A model generated the notes under the pieces. The model ran no database searches and had not been told where the DNA came from. It saw only the letters and a list, made by a program, of their open reading frames with translations. DNA of 64,000 nucleotides from Klebsiella phage iPHaGe-KPN-11i. Both the position numbers and the translations under genes were made by a program. The DNA is taken from sequence record OR637327.1; one strand, written 5' to 3'. This document shows, in pieces, positions 11,827 through 22,741 of the stretch (positions are counted from its first letter, which is position 1; every line of letters starts with the position of its first letter).

Positions 11827-13866
11827 TTATGCTACCGTTACAGTTACAGTCGCGGTTGCCGAATCGTTGGTACTGTTCATCGCGTCAGTTACGGTTACAT
11901 AGTAATCACCCGCATCTGCGCTGGTTGCAGCAGACTTGACGATCGAAGAACCAGTTTGACCAGTTAATACAGAACCGTCTTTATGCCATACGTAGGTGTA
12001 CGGAGTTTTACCGCCGCTAAACACAACTTCCAGAGTCAGAGGTTCGCCCTCAACGACAGAAACATCACTCAAGTTTGTATCAAACTTAGGAACCGGATAT
12101 ACAGTAATGTCAAGTTCATCAGAAGTAATCACGGTATTTTCAGCGTCAGTTACGACAACTTTATATACAGCGGAATCACTTGAGGTGATATTCTGGATCA
12201 TTACACTTTGCGAATCAGTCCCGATATTTTCAGTTCCTTTCTTCCACTGATACACGTAAGGCAGTTTACCACCCGTAACGGCAACAGATAAAGAAATATT
12301 ATCACCCTCGATATAATCGGTACGACCGACAAGGTTTTGAGTAAATGACAACGGAATTTTCTTCGCTTCGTATTTGGCATCTGCTTCAACTTCCGTAATA
12401 TACGGAACCAGAGAATCAGCAACATCCTGGTGAGAGGCTTTATTCTGTTCCAGATCATTCAGACGTTGTTCAACATTACCACCACCGCCAGCAGCTTCGA
12501 GAGCAGCAACGCGAGTAGTTAGATCAGCGATCAGCTTATAGATACCTGTTTCAGAACCAGCAGTTTTCACACCGATTGCTGTTTTGTTGTCGCGAGCCGT
12601 TTTCTGAATACCATCTTTGAGGAATGGATCAGAACTGGTTGCGTCACCATAAACAGCTTTACCCATTGCGATGTTCGCAGCAACCAAACCACTTGAAGTA
12701 TTACCCACTATTGAGGTAAGATCAACAATAACTTGGTGATCGTCACGTTGGGTGTTTTCTACGTTCAAAAGACGGCCTTTAATGCTGGTAGGCTGGGAGT
12801 CAGTACCAATATCGGTCATCACCTGTGCCATTTCACCGCGCAGACCATCATCACTTGTTTCACCAACGATCATATTCAGATCGCTAATGCTACGTTTCAT
12901 TGTGCTGATATCGTAACGGATACTACCCGGAACCTGCGAGTTACCAACAGCGCTTTCCAGAAGGATTACGCGAGGCAGAACACCAACAACCGGATCATTC
13001 ATCTGGGTTTGCAGAGTAACGATGTTCGTTTCTGCCGCTTTCATGCGTGAATCAATACTACCTGATCCGCCTGTACCCGTGCGCCCGATATACGTGTTGA
13101 TGTTTGACAGTTCGGTGTTGATGCCAGTGATATTGTCACCGATATGGTTCAATCGAACATAAACCGATTCAAACGTTGCTAAATGCTTCGGCCCCATTTC
13201 GTTACGCAGATCCGTAACTTCATCGGTCAAGTGACCTACATCTGAGTTTACCCAGTCATCTTCCAGCTTAGTAATACGTGCTTCGTGGATGGATACCGCC
13301 TGAGCGTTCGCCATTACCTTGTATTTCACGCCGGAGCCAGTAGAGGACGGATCAACATCACCATCTTCGTTGAAGCCTGGATACGCCCCCAGTTCACCTT
13401 TCAGGAAAATGATATCTTTTCGAATCGTGCGATGTTTAGGATCGGTTGTTGCATCCCATACACCAATTTCCTTTTCGATGTCCTGAATTTTCAGAGTGTG
13501 GCTTGCTGTAGTTGCCTGTACAGAAGACATATCTACTTTCAGCACGTCAGCATCAGCGACAACTTTATCCAGTTTGTCGATCACGCTTTCATCAGAGATT
13601 GCCGCGAGGTTTTCGGTAATGAGGTTAACCTGATCGATAACTTCGTTGATTTTTGATGTCTGGGTAGTTGTGTTTGCTTCTAATTGTACCGCGTTCTTTT
13701 GAACCAGAACACTGCATCTGTTTAAAGAACCCTCGTTAGTGGTTTTGGTTTTAGCACCATCGAGAGTTTCGCCGTTAACAATCCAATTGATCTGGGTTTG
13801 TGTGGTGTCCGTAGGGACACCATCAACAAACGGGATCTTTGGTAACGGGTTAAGTTTTGAAATCAT
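11827..13866 (-). CDS. wac: fibritin (whisker/collar, wac) with two C-terminal Ig-like domains
   Basis: The N-terminus NPLPKIPFVDGVPTD...INWIVNGETL matches T4 wac (LNDLPFVDGPP...ISWIKNGEEIL). A long segmented coiled coil follows. The C-terminus carries tandem ~85-aa Ig-like repeats (GGKLPYVYQWKKG.. and GGKTPYTYVWHKDG..) in place of the T4 foldon. Confidence 0.85.
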   Translation of the reverse strand: MISKLNPLPKIPFVDGVPTDTTQTQINWIVNGETLDGAKTKTTNEGSLNRCSVLVQKNAVQLEANTTTQTSKINEVIDQVNLITENLAAISDESVIDKLDKVVADADVLKVDMSSVQATTASHTLKIQDIEKEIGVWDATTDPKHRTIRKDIIFLKGELGAYPGFNEDGDVDPSSTGSGVKYKVMANAQAVSIHEARITKLEDDWVNSDVGHLTDEVTDLRNEMGPKHLATFESVYVRLNHIGDNITGINTELSNINTYIGRTGTGGSGSIDSRMKAAETNIVTLQTQMNDPVVGVLPRVILLESAVGNSQVPGSIRYDISTMKRSISDLNMIVGETSDDGLRGEMAQVMTDIGTDSQPTSIKGRLLNVENTQRDDHQVIVDLTSIVGNTSSGLVAANIAMGKAVYGDATSSDPFLKDGIQKTARDNKTAIGVKTAGSETGIYKLIADLTTRVAALEAAGGGGNVEQRLNDLEQNKASHQDVADSLVPYITEVEADAKYEAKKIPLSFTQNLVGRTDYIEGDNISLSVAVTGGKLPYVYQWKKGTENIGTDSQSVMIQNITSSDSAVYKVVVTDAENTVITSDELDITVYPVPKFDTNLSDVSVVEGEPLTLEVVFSGGKTPYTYVWHKDGSVLTGQTGSSIVKSAATSADAGDYYVTVTDAMNSTNDSATATVTVTVA

Positions 13867-13878
13867 GGATTAACCCCT

Positions 13879-15267
13879 TTATCGTACTCGAATTACATAG
13901 TTGACTGCAACGTTTTTCATTCGCGTTTCGTTTCCGCCAGTTGCCATAGCTTTAGTGTATGCTGGATTCAGTTGCATAATTAACTGGTCGTTCTTTTCTG
14001 AATTTTTCAATTCGTATATTGCTTCGGATGACGGAAGATTACCACCGTTACGATAGATCATCTGTAACTGGTGTTCGTGGGATTTAAACATATCATCCTG
14101 GTAAGTACCGAAACCACGTCCAGGATCTAATCCACGTCCGGCATCGAAACCGCGAGCAGCAACACCGCGCATATCTGGGAGGTTGAAAATATCCCCAGCA
14201 CCGCCGTATGTATACCCGATGCGGGAAAACAGAACAGGATATGTGTTGCGGTTCATTGCGCGTCCGTTACAGATAAAAATATTTCCATAGTCGGAGTTAA
14301 ATGCAGATAGCATCATACAACCGATCGGAATATTTACTTCAACGTCGCTTTGTGTCTGGTATTTATTGTCAGCAACAATAGAACCCTGATACAGCGCACC
14401 GCCAGTGATAGCACTGTTTCTGTTGCTTGGAACTACGTTAGCGCCAGCAGACAACGCGGTATTCGCTAATCCGGTGTTGACATCTGTTGATAATTTAACC
14501 AAACCAAATGCAGAGCCAGAACCCTTCACAGCAGCAAGTTTTTGCGGGGTGATTGCTTTTGTGTTATCAGTACCCGCGTTTACTTCCTCCTGTGTAGCGA
14601 TACGGAGTAAGCCTAAATCGGTTTCTGTTGCAGTCAGACGAATAAACGTGTATGGTGAAATTGCGAAACCGTCGCGGATAGTACCTGCGCGGACTTCGGC
14701 AACTGTTGCCAACTGTACCAAACCGAAATTGCTTTCAGTTGCGTTTGACTGTACCGGAACCATAGCAGCAATTGCTTGCTTCACTTTAAGCGGAGTCATT
14801 GCGGTCGTGTCATCAGTACCAGACGTTGCCTGTGCAGTGGTTGACAGTTTTGCAGAACCCCAGACGTTTTCTTTTGACTGACGGGTGTTAAACACATAGT
14901 TCAATGAACGCGGTGTTAATGAAACCAGATCGTTCGTTACGGTTATTGATTCTGCATCAGTTGCGTAACGGGTGTAACCCCATACGGTTTGTGATGCATG
15001 AGGGTTTTGCAGACGGTATTCCAGCAGAGCCGGAGTTACGATCGTCTGTGTGTCTGTACCTGCATCAATCATTTCCTGTGTAGCAATAGCAGCAATACCA
15101 CGCACACCAGGCGCGGCATTAGGCAAGCCAACATCAGTACGCGCCCATGATCCGATAGATGCAAGCGCTTGCTGAACATTCGTGTACGTGCTAGGCCATT
15201 GCGTACCAGCAGGATCAAATGTCACGTAAACGGATTTATCGCTTACGTGGTTAATTGTGTTGTTCAT
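13879..15267 (-). CDS. gp12: short tail fibre gp12
   Basis: HVSDKSVYVTFDP..AATESNFGLVQLATVAEVRAGT..DGFAISPYTF...PLFSRIGYTYGG...NLPDMRG..RG..NVAVNYVIRV is collinear with T4 gp12. Confidence 0.9.
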   Translation of the reverse strand: MNNTINHVSDKSVYVTFDPAGTQWPSTYTNVQQALASIGSWARTDVGLPNAAPGVRGIAAIATQEMIDAGTDTQTIVTPALLEYRLQNPHASQTVWGYTRYATDAESITVTNDLVSLTPRSLNYVFNTRQSKENVWGSAKLSTTAQATSGTDDTTAMTPLKVKQAIAAMVPVQSNATESNFGLVQLATVAEVRAGTIRDGFAISPYTFIRLTATETDLGLLRIATQEEVNAGTDNTKAITPQKLAAVKGSGSAFGLVKLSTDVNTGLANTALSAGANVVPSNRNSAITGGALYQGSIVADNKYQTQSDVEVNIPIGCMMLSAFNSDYGNIFICNGRAMNRNTYPVLFSRIGYTYGGAGDIFNLPDMRGVAARGFDAGRGLDPGRGFGTYQDDMFKSHEHQLQMIYRNGGNLPSSEAIYELKNSEKNDQLIMQLNPAYTKAMATGGNETRMKNVAVNYVIRVR

Positions 15268-15276
15268 TTATTGTCC

Positions 15277-15939
15277 TTATGCAATACGCTTGAAATAGTA
15301 AACCGTAACAGCAGGAGTAACCGGAAGATCTGCTTGGCCTAATTTCGACCATGTACCATAACCAGATTTAGCCTGTACGTCGATCGTGCCTACCATACTG
15401 ATCCCATTTTCGGAAGTGTTCGTTACAGGATGCGGAACCGCGTCAATAAAACGAACTTCTAGGATCTCCCCATTTAAACCCTTTCGAGTTACCAGATCGA
15501 AATATTTTTCATCGTTCACAAATTCAGTAAATTTGTTATAAACGGTTTCGCATACGGTTGATGCGTTCGTTGTGTTGTCAAAAACAAACGGGAACCCGTA
15601 AACATGAACAGTCGCTTTCGTCTGATCTGGATCTGGGTTCTGAACAGTACCATCAAACGTAATGCTTTCGACCTGCTGAACCGCAGACGGTGAATTATCT
15701 TCTGCCATTGTTACTACCCCATTAATAGGGATTTGTTCAGACAGAGAATATAAGTCATCAATTGCTGATTGTACGTTGGGGTATTCTACCCCTTTTCGAA
15801 GTTGATCGACGTTTGCGCCGCCAATGGTACGTTTACCGCCAATCAGCGGTAATTTCGAACCCATTTCATATTGCAAAAAATCTGCTTCGCGGGAAGGGAC
15901 TTTCGCCCCCTCCCTTGTTTTGGAAATAAACTGTGTCAT
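15277..15939 (-). CDS. gp11: baseplate wedge / STF-binding protein gp11
   Basis: Position and a C-terminus (KSGYGTWSKLG...VTVYYFKR) like T4 gp11 (KPGYGTWNLLG...TVFYHFER). Confidence 0.85.
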   Translation of the reverse strand: MTQFISKTREGAKVPSREADFLQYEMGSKLPLIGGKRTIGGANVDQLRKGVEYPNVQSAIDDLYSLSEQIPINGVVTMAEDNSPSAVQQVESITFDGTVQNPDPDQTKATVHVYGFPFVFDNTTNASTVCETVYNKFTEFVNDEKYFDLVTRKGLNGEILEVRFIDAVPHPVTNTSENGISMVGTIDVQAKSGYGTWSKLGQADLPVTPAVTVYYFKRIA

Positions 15940-17757
15940 TTATGCTACCCTTATCCAGCGGTGAACAGTAATATACGGCGGGAGCGTTTTTAGTTTATCT
16001 GGGGTAGTGTTACCCTGATTTACTTTCAATACATCCTCACGGTATTTAGTGTAACCCGGTCCTGTTGCATCTGGATCAACCTGACAACCACCGATAATAA
16101 TGATCCCGTTGTCATCCTTAATCAGCACCTTATCGGTTGAATGGATTTCAGGAACGTTAATCGGTTTAATTTCATAACCACGTTCGCCACCAGTACCACC
16201 AGAAGTGTGAGTTGGTTGACCTGAACCATCCAGATCGTTGTTGTTCAAACCGAAATCACTATCTGCTTCGTCGGTAGTCCATCCAGCAAGGAACATTCCT
16301 TCCGCATAACGTGTCCATATACCAAAGCCCATATAATCGCCTGGGTTAGCATCGTTGTGCGCGTTTTCGTAGATTGTCCCGATTGGGTGAATAACGTCAA
16401 AGAACGCTTGCAAATCCAGAAGACGACCACTAAACGGTTCTGCGACTTTTCGCGCGGTTTTCTGAGTCGGGTTGTTATAATCGGTGTATTCAATCTGATT
16501 AACCAGCGTTACTTCTTCTTCGTTATTCAGATAAATCTTATCGGTGTGTTCTTTAATACCGCCTACACCGTCCCATTCCATTACAGTGCCGATATCATTG
16601 TTGAACCAGCGAATAGTTACCACATCGCGAGTTTCCAGAGGTTGAGCAAACTTAATACCAGTAACCTCGGAATCAACAAAAATCAGACTGTAATCCTGAC
16701 CAGAAGGAACCCACAAACCGGAGTTTGCAATACAGCTATCTTCGTCATAACCTTCTGCGCCCTCACAAATAAATGTCGGGAGATCCGCATCACCTGCTTT
16801 AACAAGCTGTCGACCGTTCAGCAGCAGTTCGAACGAGTTCGGGTTAACCAGAATTCGCGGACTGATACCAAATTCAGCAGTGGTGAATGTGAGTTTATTC
16901 GGCAGATCGCCAACCCAAATTTCACCAGGGATACTTACCTGTTCGGTGTCACCCGTGTTATATACGCGCATAGTATGCGCTTCATACGTCGCTCGCCATG
17001 CGGCAATACCATCCAGATAGGTAACGAATTGAAGCGTATCACCAGCGTTACACGGGTTTTTAAGACGTATGTTTACACCATCCAGTTCGATCAGTTGTCC
17101 GGCGCTCGCACCAGGTGAACCGTAATCGCTGTTTGATGCATTAAACCCGTTCTTGTCGTCGATGTACAGCAAGTTACCACGATAGTAAACTTCCAGTGCG
17201 CGGACGTTGTAAGAGTTACCAGGGCCAAACACATTCAGGAAGTCAGTTTGTCCCTGAGTCGCGATATAGGTTTCTTTCGCTACAGTAGCCAGATCCGAAG
17301 TTGTGATTTTGTCAACCTGTTTGTTTTCAACATATTCCCAACGACCAGGAGAACAATAAACCAGTTCGACATCCATCAAATCTTTGTACAGTTCTTTGTA
17401 GTTCGGTGAACCTTTGATGGTATCTCCGCTTGCAGGGACGATACGGACGTTGTTTGCCGCCCACTTACCCCATACGTCACGTAAACGAATAACCTTGTTA
17501 TAATCGCTTACGCTGCCTTTAGGAAGGTTTACCGTAATACGGTTGTTGCTTGTGTTCAGCGCCCATGAATCACCAAAGATAGGGGATAGCGTAGGCGCGG
17601 TATGCGTTTTCCACGCACCCGCTGGATGCGGGATACTCCCATCACCCAGCTTATCATACAATTCGGTAAAGTTGGCGTTAGTCTTCTGACCACCACGGCG
17701 CAGATAATCACCTGCGCCATCGTCAACCACGTTACCGATAATAATTTCTTGTTTCAT
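15940..17757 (-). CDS. gp10: baseplate wedge protein gp10
   Basis: Size (605 aa vs 602 in T4) and position between gp9 and gp11. Confidence 0.8.
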   Translation of the reverse strand: MKQEIIIGNVVDDGAGDYLRRGGQKTNANFTELYDKLGDGSIPHPAGAWKTHTAPTLSPIFGDSWALNTSNNRITVNLPKGSVSDYNKVIRLRDVWGKWAANNVRIVPASGDTIKGSPNYKELYKDLMDVELVYCSPGRWEYVENKQVDKITTSDLATVAKETYIATQGQTDFLNVFGPGNSYNVRALEVYYRGNLLYIDDKNGFNASNSDYGSPGASAGQLIELDGVNIRLKNPCNAGDTLQFVTYLDGIAAWRATYEAHTMRVYNTGDTEQVSIPGEIWVGDLPNKLTFTTAEFGISPRILVNPNSFELLLNGRQLVKAGDADLPTFICEGAEGYDEDSCIANSGLWVPSGQDYSLIFVDSEVTGIKFAQPLETRDVVTIRWFNNDIGTVMEWDGVGGIKEHTDKIYLNNEEEVTLVNQIEYTDYNNPTQKTARKVAEPFSGRLLDLQAFFDVIHPIGTIYENAHNDANPGDYMGFGIWTRYAEGMFLAGWTTDEADSDFGLNNNDLDGSGQPTHTSGGTGGERGYEIKPINVPEIHSTDKVLIKDDNGIIIIGGCQVDPDATGPGYTKYREDVLKVNQGNTTPDKLKTLPPYITVHRWIRVA

Positions 17758-18617
17758 GCTGCGATCCCTGATTTGATGGTGTCAACCGCTTTGATCGAGA
17801 ATTTAATACGATCTTCGGTTTTCGATTGCACGTTTGCGTAAACAACATCACCAGCGCCAACAGTAAAATTAAGCGTATACATTTCATCTTCTGTATTTTT
17901 AAGAACTGCGTATTCGGTTGAATAAACGCCCTTAGCCACACGATCGACGGCAAGCAGAATTTCTGCTGTTTTATTGACTGTGCCTGTCATGTTTTCCGCG
18001 TATACGAGAAGTTTAGCGCCGCTAAATTCGCTATATCCAAACATAGGAATAGCCGTTGGTGATGCTTTCAAAATGAGTTTGGTAGTATCAACAGGCATTG
18101 TCTTTGAACCAAACATTGATTCAACAGAATAATCCCATGTAGAAACAGAACCTTCTTTCTTCACACACCAGATTTTAATCTGAGTATATGGAGAGGTTAT
18201 GTAAAGCTGATCCTGAACCCCTTTGATACCATCGCCAACTTGCGGACGGAATACAACAGGACGATCAACAGAAATGCTACCGTTACTATTTATGAAATAG
18301 AACCCTTCGCCGGGTTTACCCGATGGAAGCACGACCGTAATCGGGCCTGTTGAGGTATCCATATCATGCAATGAACCCAGTTCGATCGGGTTGCCTGAAT
18401 AATAGGTTCGTGGTAGTTTCTGGAAATATCCGGTCGCGTGGAGCAGCATTGTACCCACACCATCATTCGCAGTCAACAAACGCACATCACCAAACGCGTT
18501 GTACATGTTGGTGATGATTTCGTTAAGTTTAACACCGCCGTCATACAGCGGGTCACCAGTTGACGGGTTGCCGATCTGCCCCACGTCAATTAATTTTTTA
18601 CCAGTTTGATATGCCAT
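17754..18617 (-). CDS. gp9: baseplate wedge / LTF attachment protein gp9
   Basis: KKLID.G.IGN.STGD.L.DGG.K.N....YNAFGD, HATGY.QK, FINSNGSISV, TSPY..., W.YS.ESMFG are collinear with T4 gp9. Confidence 0.92.
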   Translation of the reverse strand: MAYQTGKKLIDVGQIGNPSTGDPLYDGGVKLNEIITNMYNAFGDVRLLTANDGVGTMLLHATGYFQKLPRTYYSGNPIELGSLHDMDTSTGPITVVLPSGKPGEGFYFINSNGSISVDRPVVFRPQVGDGIKGVQDQLYITSPYTQIKIWCVKKEGSVSTWDYSVESMFGSKTMPVDTTKLILKASPTAIPMFGYSEFSGAKLLVYAENMTGTVNKTAEILLAVDRVAKGVYSTEYAVLKNTEDEMYTLNFTVGAGDVVYANVQSKTEDRIKFSIKAVDTIKSGIAA

Positions 18618-18628
18618 TATGGTTTTCC

Positions 18629-19621
18629 TTAGAATTCGAAAATAATACTGACTTCTTCGGTCTGATCAGGAGAACGAATAATCGGTTGACGGTTTTCCAT
18701 GTAGATCATTTGCCCTGAGTCAAGTTCAAGCTGTTCTTTCGTGTAATACTGCCCCGTTGCTTTTACTTCTGGATCGGTCGGTTGCGCCTTTTTCAGCAAC
18801 GGGTTTACAATTACACTAACCTGACGGAATCCACGGTTGCCAGGTAAAGATGCTTGCGGGAAGAACAGGGAATCCATGTACGCACGGAATCGCATTGAGT
18901 GAACCTTCATTCGGAACACCAAATCATACATATCTGGATACCACTTGATCACGTTGTCATAACCCCAGCGAACCGGATCTTCTTCGAGTTCATTCGGGAA
19001 CGGAACAACGATATGTTCGTTCGTGCATCGGTTAATAACCACATCAGGCGGGATCGTGTAGAGATATTCCCAGATATAGCCGTCACCCATGTCGATACCG
19101 TTCGCTTCTCCGCGTGGAGGTTCGACCGATTCGTGGGTCGGCGTCCAAATGCCACCAATGCGCACACATTCAACTTTACCCGTGATACTGGAGATTGAGC
19201 AAGAACCAATATCAGGAACGTCCACAACGCGATACACCATCCATCCTTTACCGTAATCAGTACGGTTATAAGGAGCGGAGTTTACTACCACGATGTCATT
19301 AATGTAAAAGATTTTTGGGTTAGGATATCGAGTATCGCCCCAGTCTTTACGCGGAACGATTGCATCAATCATTTCGCCTGGTACTTTCGTCATCCCGATC
19401 ATATGCGTCCACATATCAACGATACCATCTGTATCATCGTTAGGATAAGGGGGCGCGAATTCAGGATCGGATTCGTTATCCGCCCATTGTTCAGTACGCC
19501 CGATCGACATATAGATCGAGTTATGATCGGGGTCATCCCCGATCATTTCGCGAAAGTTCATCATGTTTTCCGTGCGGAACTTACCAGTTACAACCGCACG
19601 GTAGATGTTTTGTTGAGCCAT
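18629..19621 (-). CDS. gp8: baseplate wedge protein gp8
   Basis: YRAVVTGKFRTE.M.NF...DMWTHM.G..KV...RKDWGDTRYP.P..F.INDIVV.NSAPYN, DGYIWEYL..IPPDV.INRCTNE.IVVP are near-identical blocks to T4 gp8. Confidence 0.95.
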   Translation of the reverse strand: MAQQNIYRAVVTGKFRTENMMNFREMIGDDPDHNSIYMSIGRTEQWADNESDPEFAPPYPNDDTDGIVDMWTHMIGMTKVPGEMIDAIVPRKDWGDTRYPNPKIFYINDIVVVNSAPYNRTDYGKGWMVYRVVDVPDIGSCSISSITGKVECVRIGGIWTPTHESVEPPRGEANGIDMGDGYIWEYLYTIPPDVVINRCTNEHIVVPFPNELEEDPVRWGYDNVIKWYPDMYDLVFRMKVHSMRFRAYMDSLFFPQASLPGNRGFRQVSVIVNPLLKKAQPTDPEVKATGQYYTKEQLELDSGQMIYMENRQPIIRSPDQTEEVSIIFEF

Positions 19622-22600
19622 TATGCTACCTTTCTCTGAGTCGGTGGATTCGGATCGCGAGGATTACCCGCGTCGTCTTTCAATCGTTTTTCCACTAAGT
19701 TACGGAACTGAGAGTATTTAACCGCAGAACTATCGAACAGAGGACTTTGATCAAATCGACGCGCGGAAGGTAATACACCATTCAGCGGTTGTTCTTCAAC
19801 GTCATATTCTGGTGGAACATCGAACGGTTGCCCCGCTTTAGGGTGTGGTTCGTATAATGCTTCGCCTGTTACGAGGTCAAATGTCTGGTTTCCGTTACCG
19901 TCCAGACGGGCTACACGATCAGGCCAATACTTCGGATAACCGCTATCGAAGCGATAGTTTCGAAGAATATCAATGATCGTTTCGCTATGTGTCATAGACA
20001 AACCGGAGTTAATGAACACCGTTAACATGGTGATCCCGATAAAACCAAAGCCTACCGGATGCACGAATCGTAAAACGTCATCCTTATATCGTGACGCTGG
20101 CAGATTCGAACGAATTTTCATCACATAGTATGAACGCCCACGGTTGAAATAGTCGATCGAGTTGTTCGCCATTTGCTTACCACGCACACCGCGCAGAATA
20201 GTTCCCGTGAAGTTAGTCTTTTCAGACTTGACAACCTGCCCTTCAAGGAAGTTCCCGATCACGTTATGCAGAGTCATTGACCAGCGTAATTGACCGTCAT
20301 CATACTGGCGTTCGATATACGTCACGTTTGCTCTTGCAGTTGGTGTGTAAATCGTCCGGCCTACGATGTCCTGACTAATATTCGTTGACTGAACCAGAAT
20401 ATCATATTCCAGAGTGTTCGAACTTTCGATTTCTACGGTTACATCTTCGTTATACAGCAATTTGAACAGGAATTTATAGCTTGCTTCGATGCCTTTCGTT
20501 GAGTAAAAATCACTGCAACGAGATTCAAAGAAACGTACCACTTGATCGCGCTTCGTTTTATCCAGGTAGATATTACGGCGGTTTACTTCCGACCACAGAT
20601 ATTCTACGCTGTTCTTCTCACGCGGATATTTGTTCCTGATCAGGTTCAGCAGCTTGTTATAGTAGGTGTTTTCACCCAGCGAAACGAACTGCAAATAATA
20701 TTCACCGAACTTCTCAAAATATTGCTGATCCAGATAGCTTTGAGGCGCAAAGCGCGTAATCATATGGCTTAAATCTGGGTCAATCAAACCAGGTGACAGA
20801 TCCGGTGTATACGGTTTTTCGCGTTCCTGCTGAATCAGATCGGCAATCAGCAACGTGTTATCTGGTTTCCAGAAAATAGTTAAGCTGTCACGGGCGCGAT
20901 AACTCAATTCAAAGAACCCAATGATTTCGCCTGAACTCTTATACAACAACACACCGTTCGTATACTTCGTGAATCCGGTAAACTTAATGTTGTTAATGTA
21001 AATCGTAACATGTCCGCGATCCCATACCTCTTTGTTCACACGAAGCGATGACGAAGGGCCAGCACTATCGGTTACAAGGCTGTAGGTGATTTTCGGATAC
21101 ACCACCAGAGGACGGTTATCATTAGTGATCCATGTGCGCACAGAGTCGCGGAAGAACCAGCTATAGTTCGCCTCGTTGTAGTATTCCTGCGCACCAAATT
21201 TCCAAACAGTCGGGTCGTCGATATGAGCGCGAATCGTCGCAAAGTTAATCGCAAGGCTGGCAGTATAGCCAGGACGCAAATCATATTTTACAGCACCAAC
21301 CAGTGCAGGGTTCTCGATCAATAATTCAGGATCGGGAAGTGTGCCTGGATATTTGTAGTTCGCTACGGAAATAAAAATCTCCGTGCCGTTCGTTGACATA
21401 TTGGTGTATTCATGCTGGATATAAAAACGTTCTTCCTCGGTGTTCCCATACAGGCGCACAAAGGTTTTCGTGTTTTCTTGCCATTGATACACACCAGCAG
21501 CAGCGGACGGAACCACGTTAGCGGGTTTTGTAGGATCTTGCAGAGCGGTTTTCACTTCACCCGTTACGAGTGCATAGAGAATACCATCCATCACATCCAT
21601 TTTCTTGACAACGATCTTATCATTTCCAGGGACAACTGTATAGCTGTCAGTATCGAAAATCTTTTCTCCGAACGTTGGAGAACTCGGATCGGTGTCGATC
21701 GGTGTCTGTTTCAGTGCGATACGACGCACAACGTTTTTAGCAACCACATAGAGCCAGTCATCGGAACATGCCATTGCTTCTGCATATTTCGATACGTTAC
21801 CAGGCAGTTTAGCAAATGTGTTGTATGAGTCCACATCGAAATCAAGGCCAGTCTGGTTCCCCAGTTTGGCAAACGTAACGTCATCAGCAGAGAATCGCAC
21901 ATCGTCCGCAGACCAGCGAATATCAGTTGAGGTGCGCCCGTAGAAGATACGATCGTAACCCAGTACATATGTTGTGTTTCGGCTTTGGTACGCAATAGAG
22001 CGCGATACAGGGTTTCCTACGCGGTCGTTAAACGCCTTGTAGTAATGCCATGTTTGTCCTTTGTCGTTTGACACCTTCGCCATGTTCTGAAAACGTTCAA
22101 ACAGGTACAATAAACCGTTTGACGCTACCAGGAAAGTTCTGTTAATGTCATTACAAACGTGTTCAATATGATCCTGGATTTCGTGATAGTTTTCTTGTGT
22201 AAGAATTTTATCGCTGATCTGGGATACGTCAGTGTAAAGTGGAGAAAACACAAAGTCTTCTTTCATCAACGCTGCCATTACCACATCTGTATTAAAGTTA
22301 ACGTAGTTCTGATTATTTTTTGCGAATTTCTCGTTTATGAATGCATCGCTTGGCGTAAATTCACGCATGGTTGAATATGCGTAAGCGTTAAGGGTAAACG
22401 TCCAGAGTTCATCGGTATAAACCCAGTCAGACGGTTCAAAGCCCTTGTGCGTAACCATGACGCGGAACTTGTAAAAATTGTTGGGCTGAACATCGGAAGA
22501 AAACCATTCGTTTACATAAGCATAACCCAACTGGAACCAGGTTAAATCTTCATCTGGAATAGTTACACCACCTACCCCGCGAGTTTCTGCCATTTCCACG

Positions 22601-22713
22601 ACATAGTAAAAATCCATGCCGACGCTATCCCACTTCAAATAAACGAAGTTAGCAGCCAGTTTATCAACGCGCAAACTGGTAATTGACGGCGCTTTAATCA
22701 TATGTTTCTCCAA
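19621..22713 (-). CDS. gp7: baseplate wedge initiator gp7
   Basis: At 1030 aa it is collinear with T4 gp7 (1032 aa): KAPS.TSLR..KL.AN...WD.VG..FYY.VE.AET, VKVSNDKGQTW, GRKSTD.RWSADDVRFS..D.TFAKLG, STKGIEASYKFLFK.LYNE.V..EIES, FVHPVGFGFI.IT.LT.FIN.GL. Confidence 0.95.
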   Translation of the reverse strand: MEKHMIKAPSITSLRVDKLAANFVYLKWDSVGMDFYYVVEMAETRGVGGVTIPDEDLTWFQLGYAYVNEWFSSDVQPNNFYKFRVMVTHKGFEPSDWVYTDELWTFTLNAYAYSTMREFTPSDAFINEKFAKNNQNYVNFNTDVVMAALMKEDFVFSPLYTDVSQISDKILTQENYHEIQDHIEHVCNDINRTFLVASNGLLYLFERFQNMAKVSNDKGQTWHYYKAFNDRVGNPVSRSIAYQSRNTTYVLGYDRIFYGRTSTDIRWSADDVRFSADDVTFAKLGNQTGLDFDVDSYNTFAKLPGNVSKYAEAMACSDDWLYVVAKNVVRRIALKQTPIDTDPSSPTFGEKIFDTDSYTVVPGNDKIVVKKMDVMDGILYALVTGEVKTALQDPTKPANVVPSAAAGVYQWQENTKTFVRLYGNTEEERFYIQHEYTNMSTNGTEIFISVANYKYPGTLPDPELLIENPALVGAVKYDLRPGYTASLAINFATIRAHIDDPTVWKFGAQEYYNEANYSWFFRDSVRTWITNDNRPLVVYPKITYSLVTDSAGPSSSLRVNKEVWDRGHVTIYINNIKFTGFTKYTNGVLLYKSSGEIIGFFELSYRARDSLTIFWKPDNTLLIADLIQQEREKPYTPDLSPGLIDPDLSHMITRFAPQSYLDQQYFEKFGEYYLQFVSLGENTYYNKLLNLIRNKYPREKNSVEYLWSEVNRRNIYLDKTKRDQVVRFFESRCSDFYSTKGIEASYKFLFKLLYNEDVTVEIESSNTLEYDILVQSTNISQDIVGRTIYTPTARANVTYIERQYDDGQLRWSMTLHNVIGNFLEGQVVKSEKTNFTGTILRGVRGKQMANNSIDYFNRGRSYYVMKIRSNLPASRYKDDVLRFVHPVGFGFIGITMLTVFINSGLSMTHSETIIDILRNYRFDSGYPKYWPDRVARLDGNGNQTFDLVTGEALYEPHPKAGQPFDVPPEYDVEEQPLNGVLPSARRFDQSPLFDSSAVKYSQFRNLVEKRLKDDAGNPRDPNPPTQRKVA

Positions 22714-22741
22714 ATTTGCGTTTTACTTATATCCCATATTT

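Noticed and set aside
16357-17118. 253-aa plus-strand ORF inside gene 10
   Set aside because: It is antisense to the conserved gp10 and has no independent evidence.
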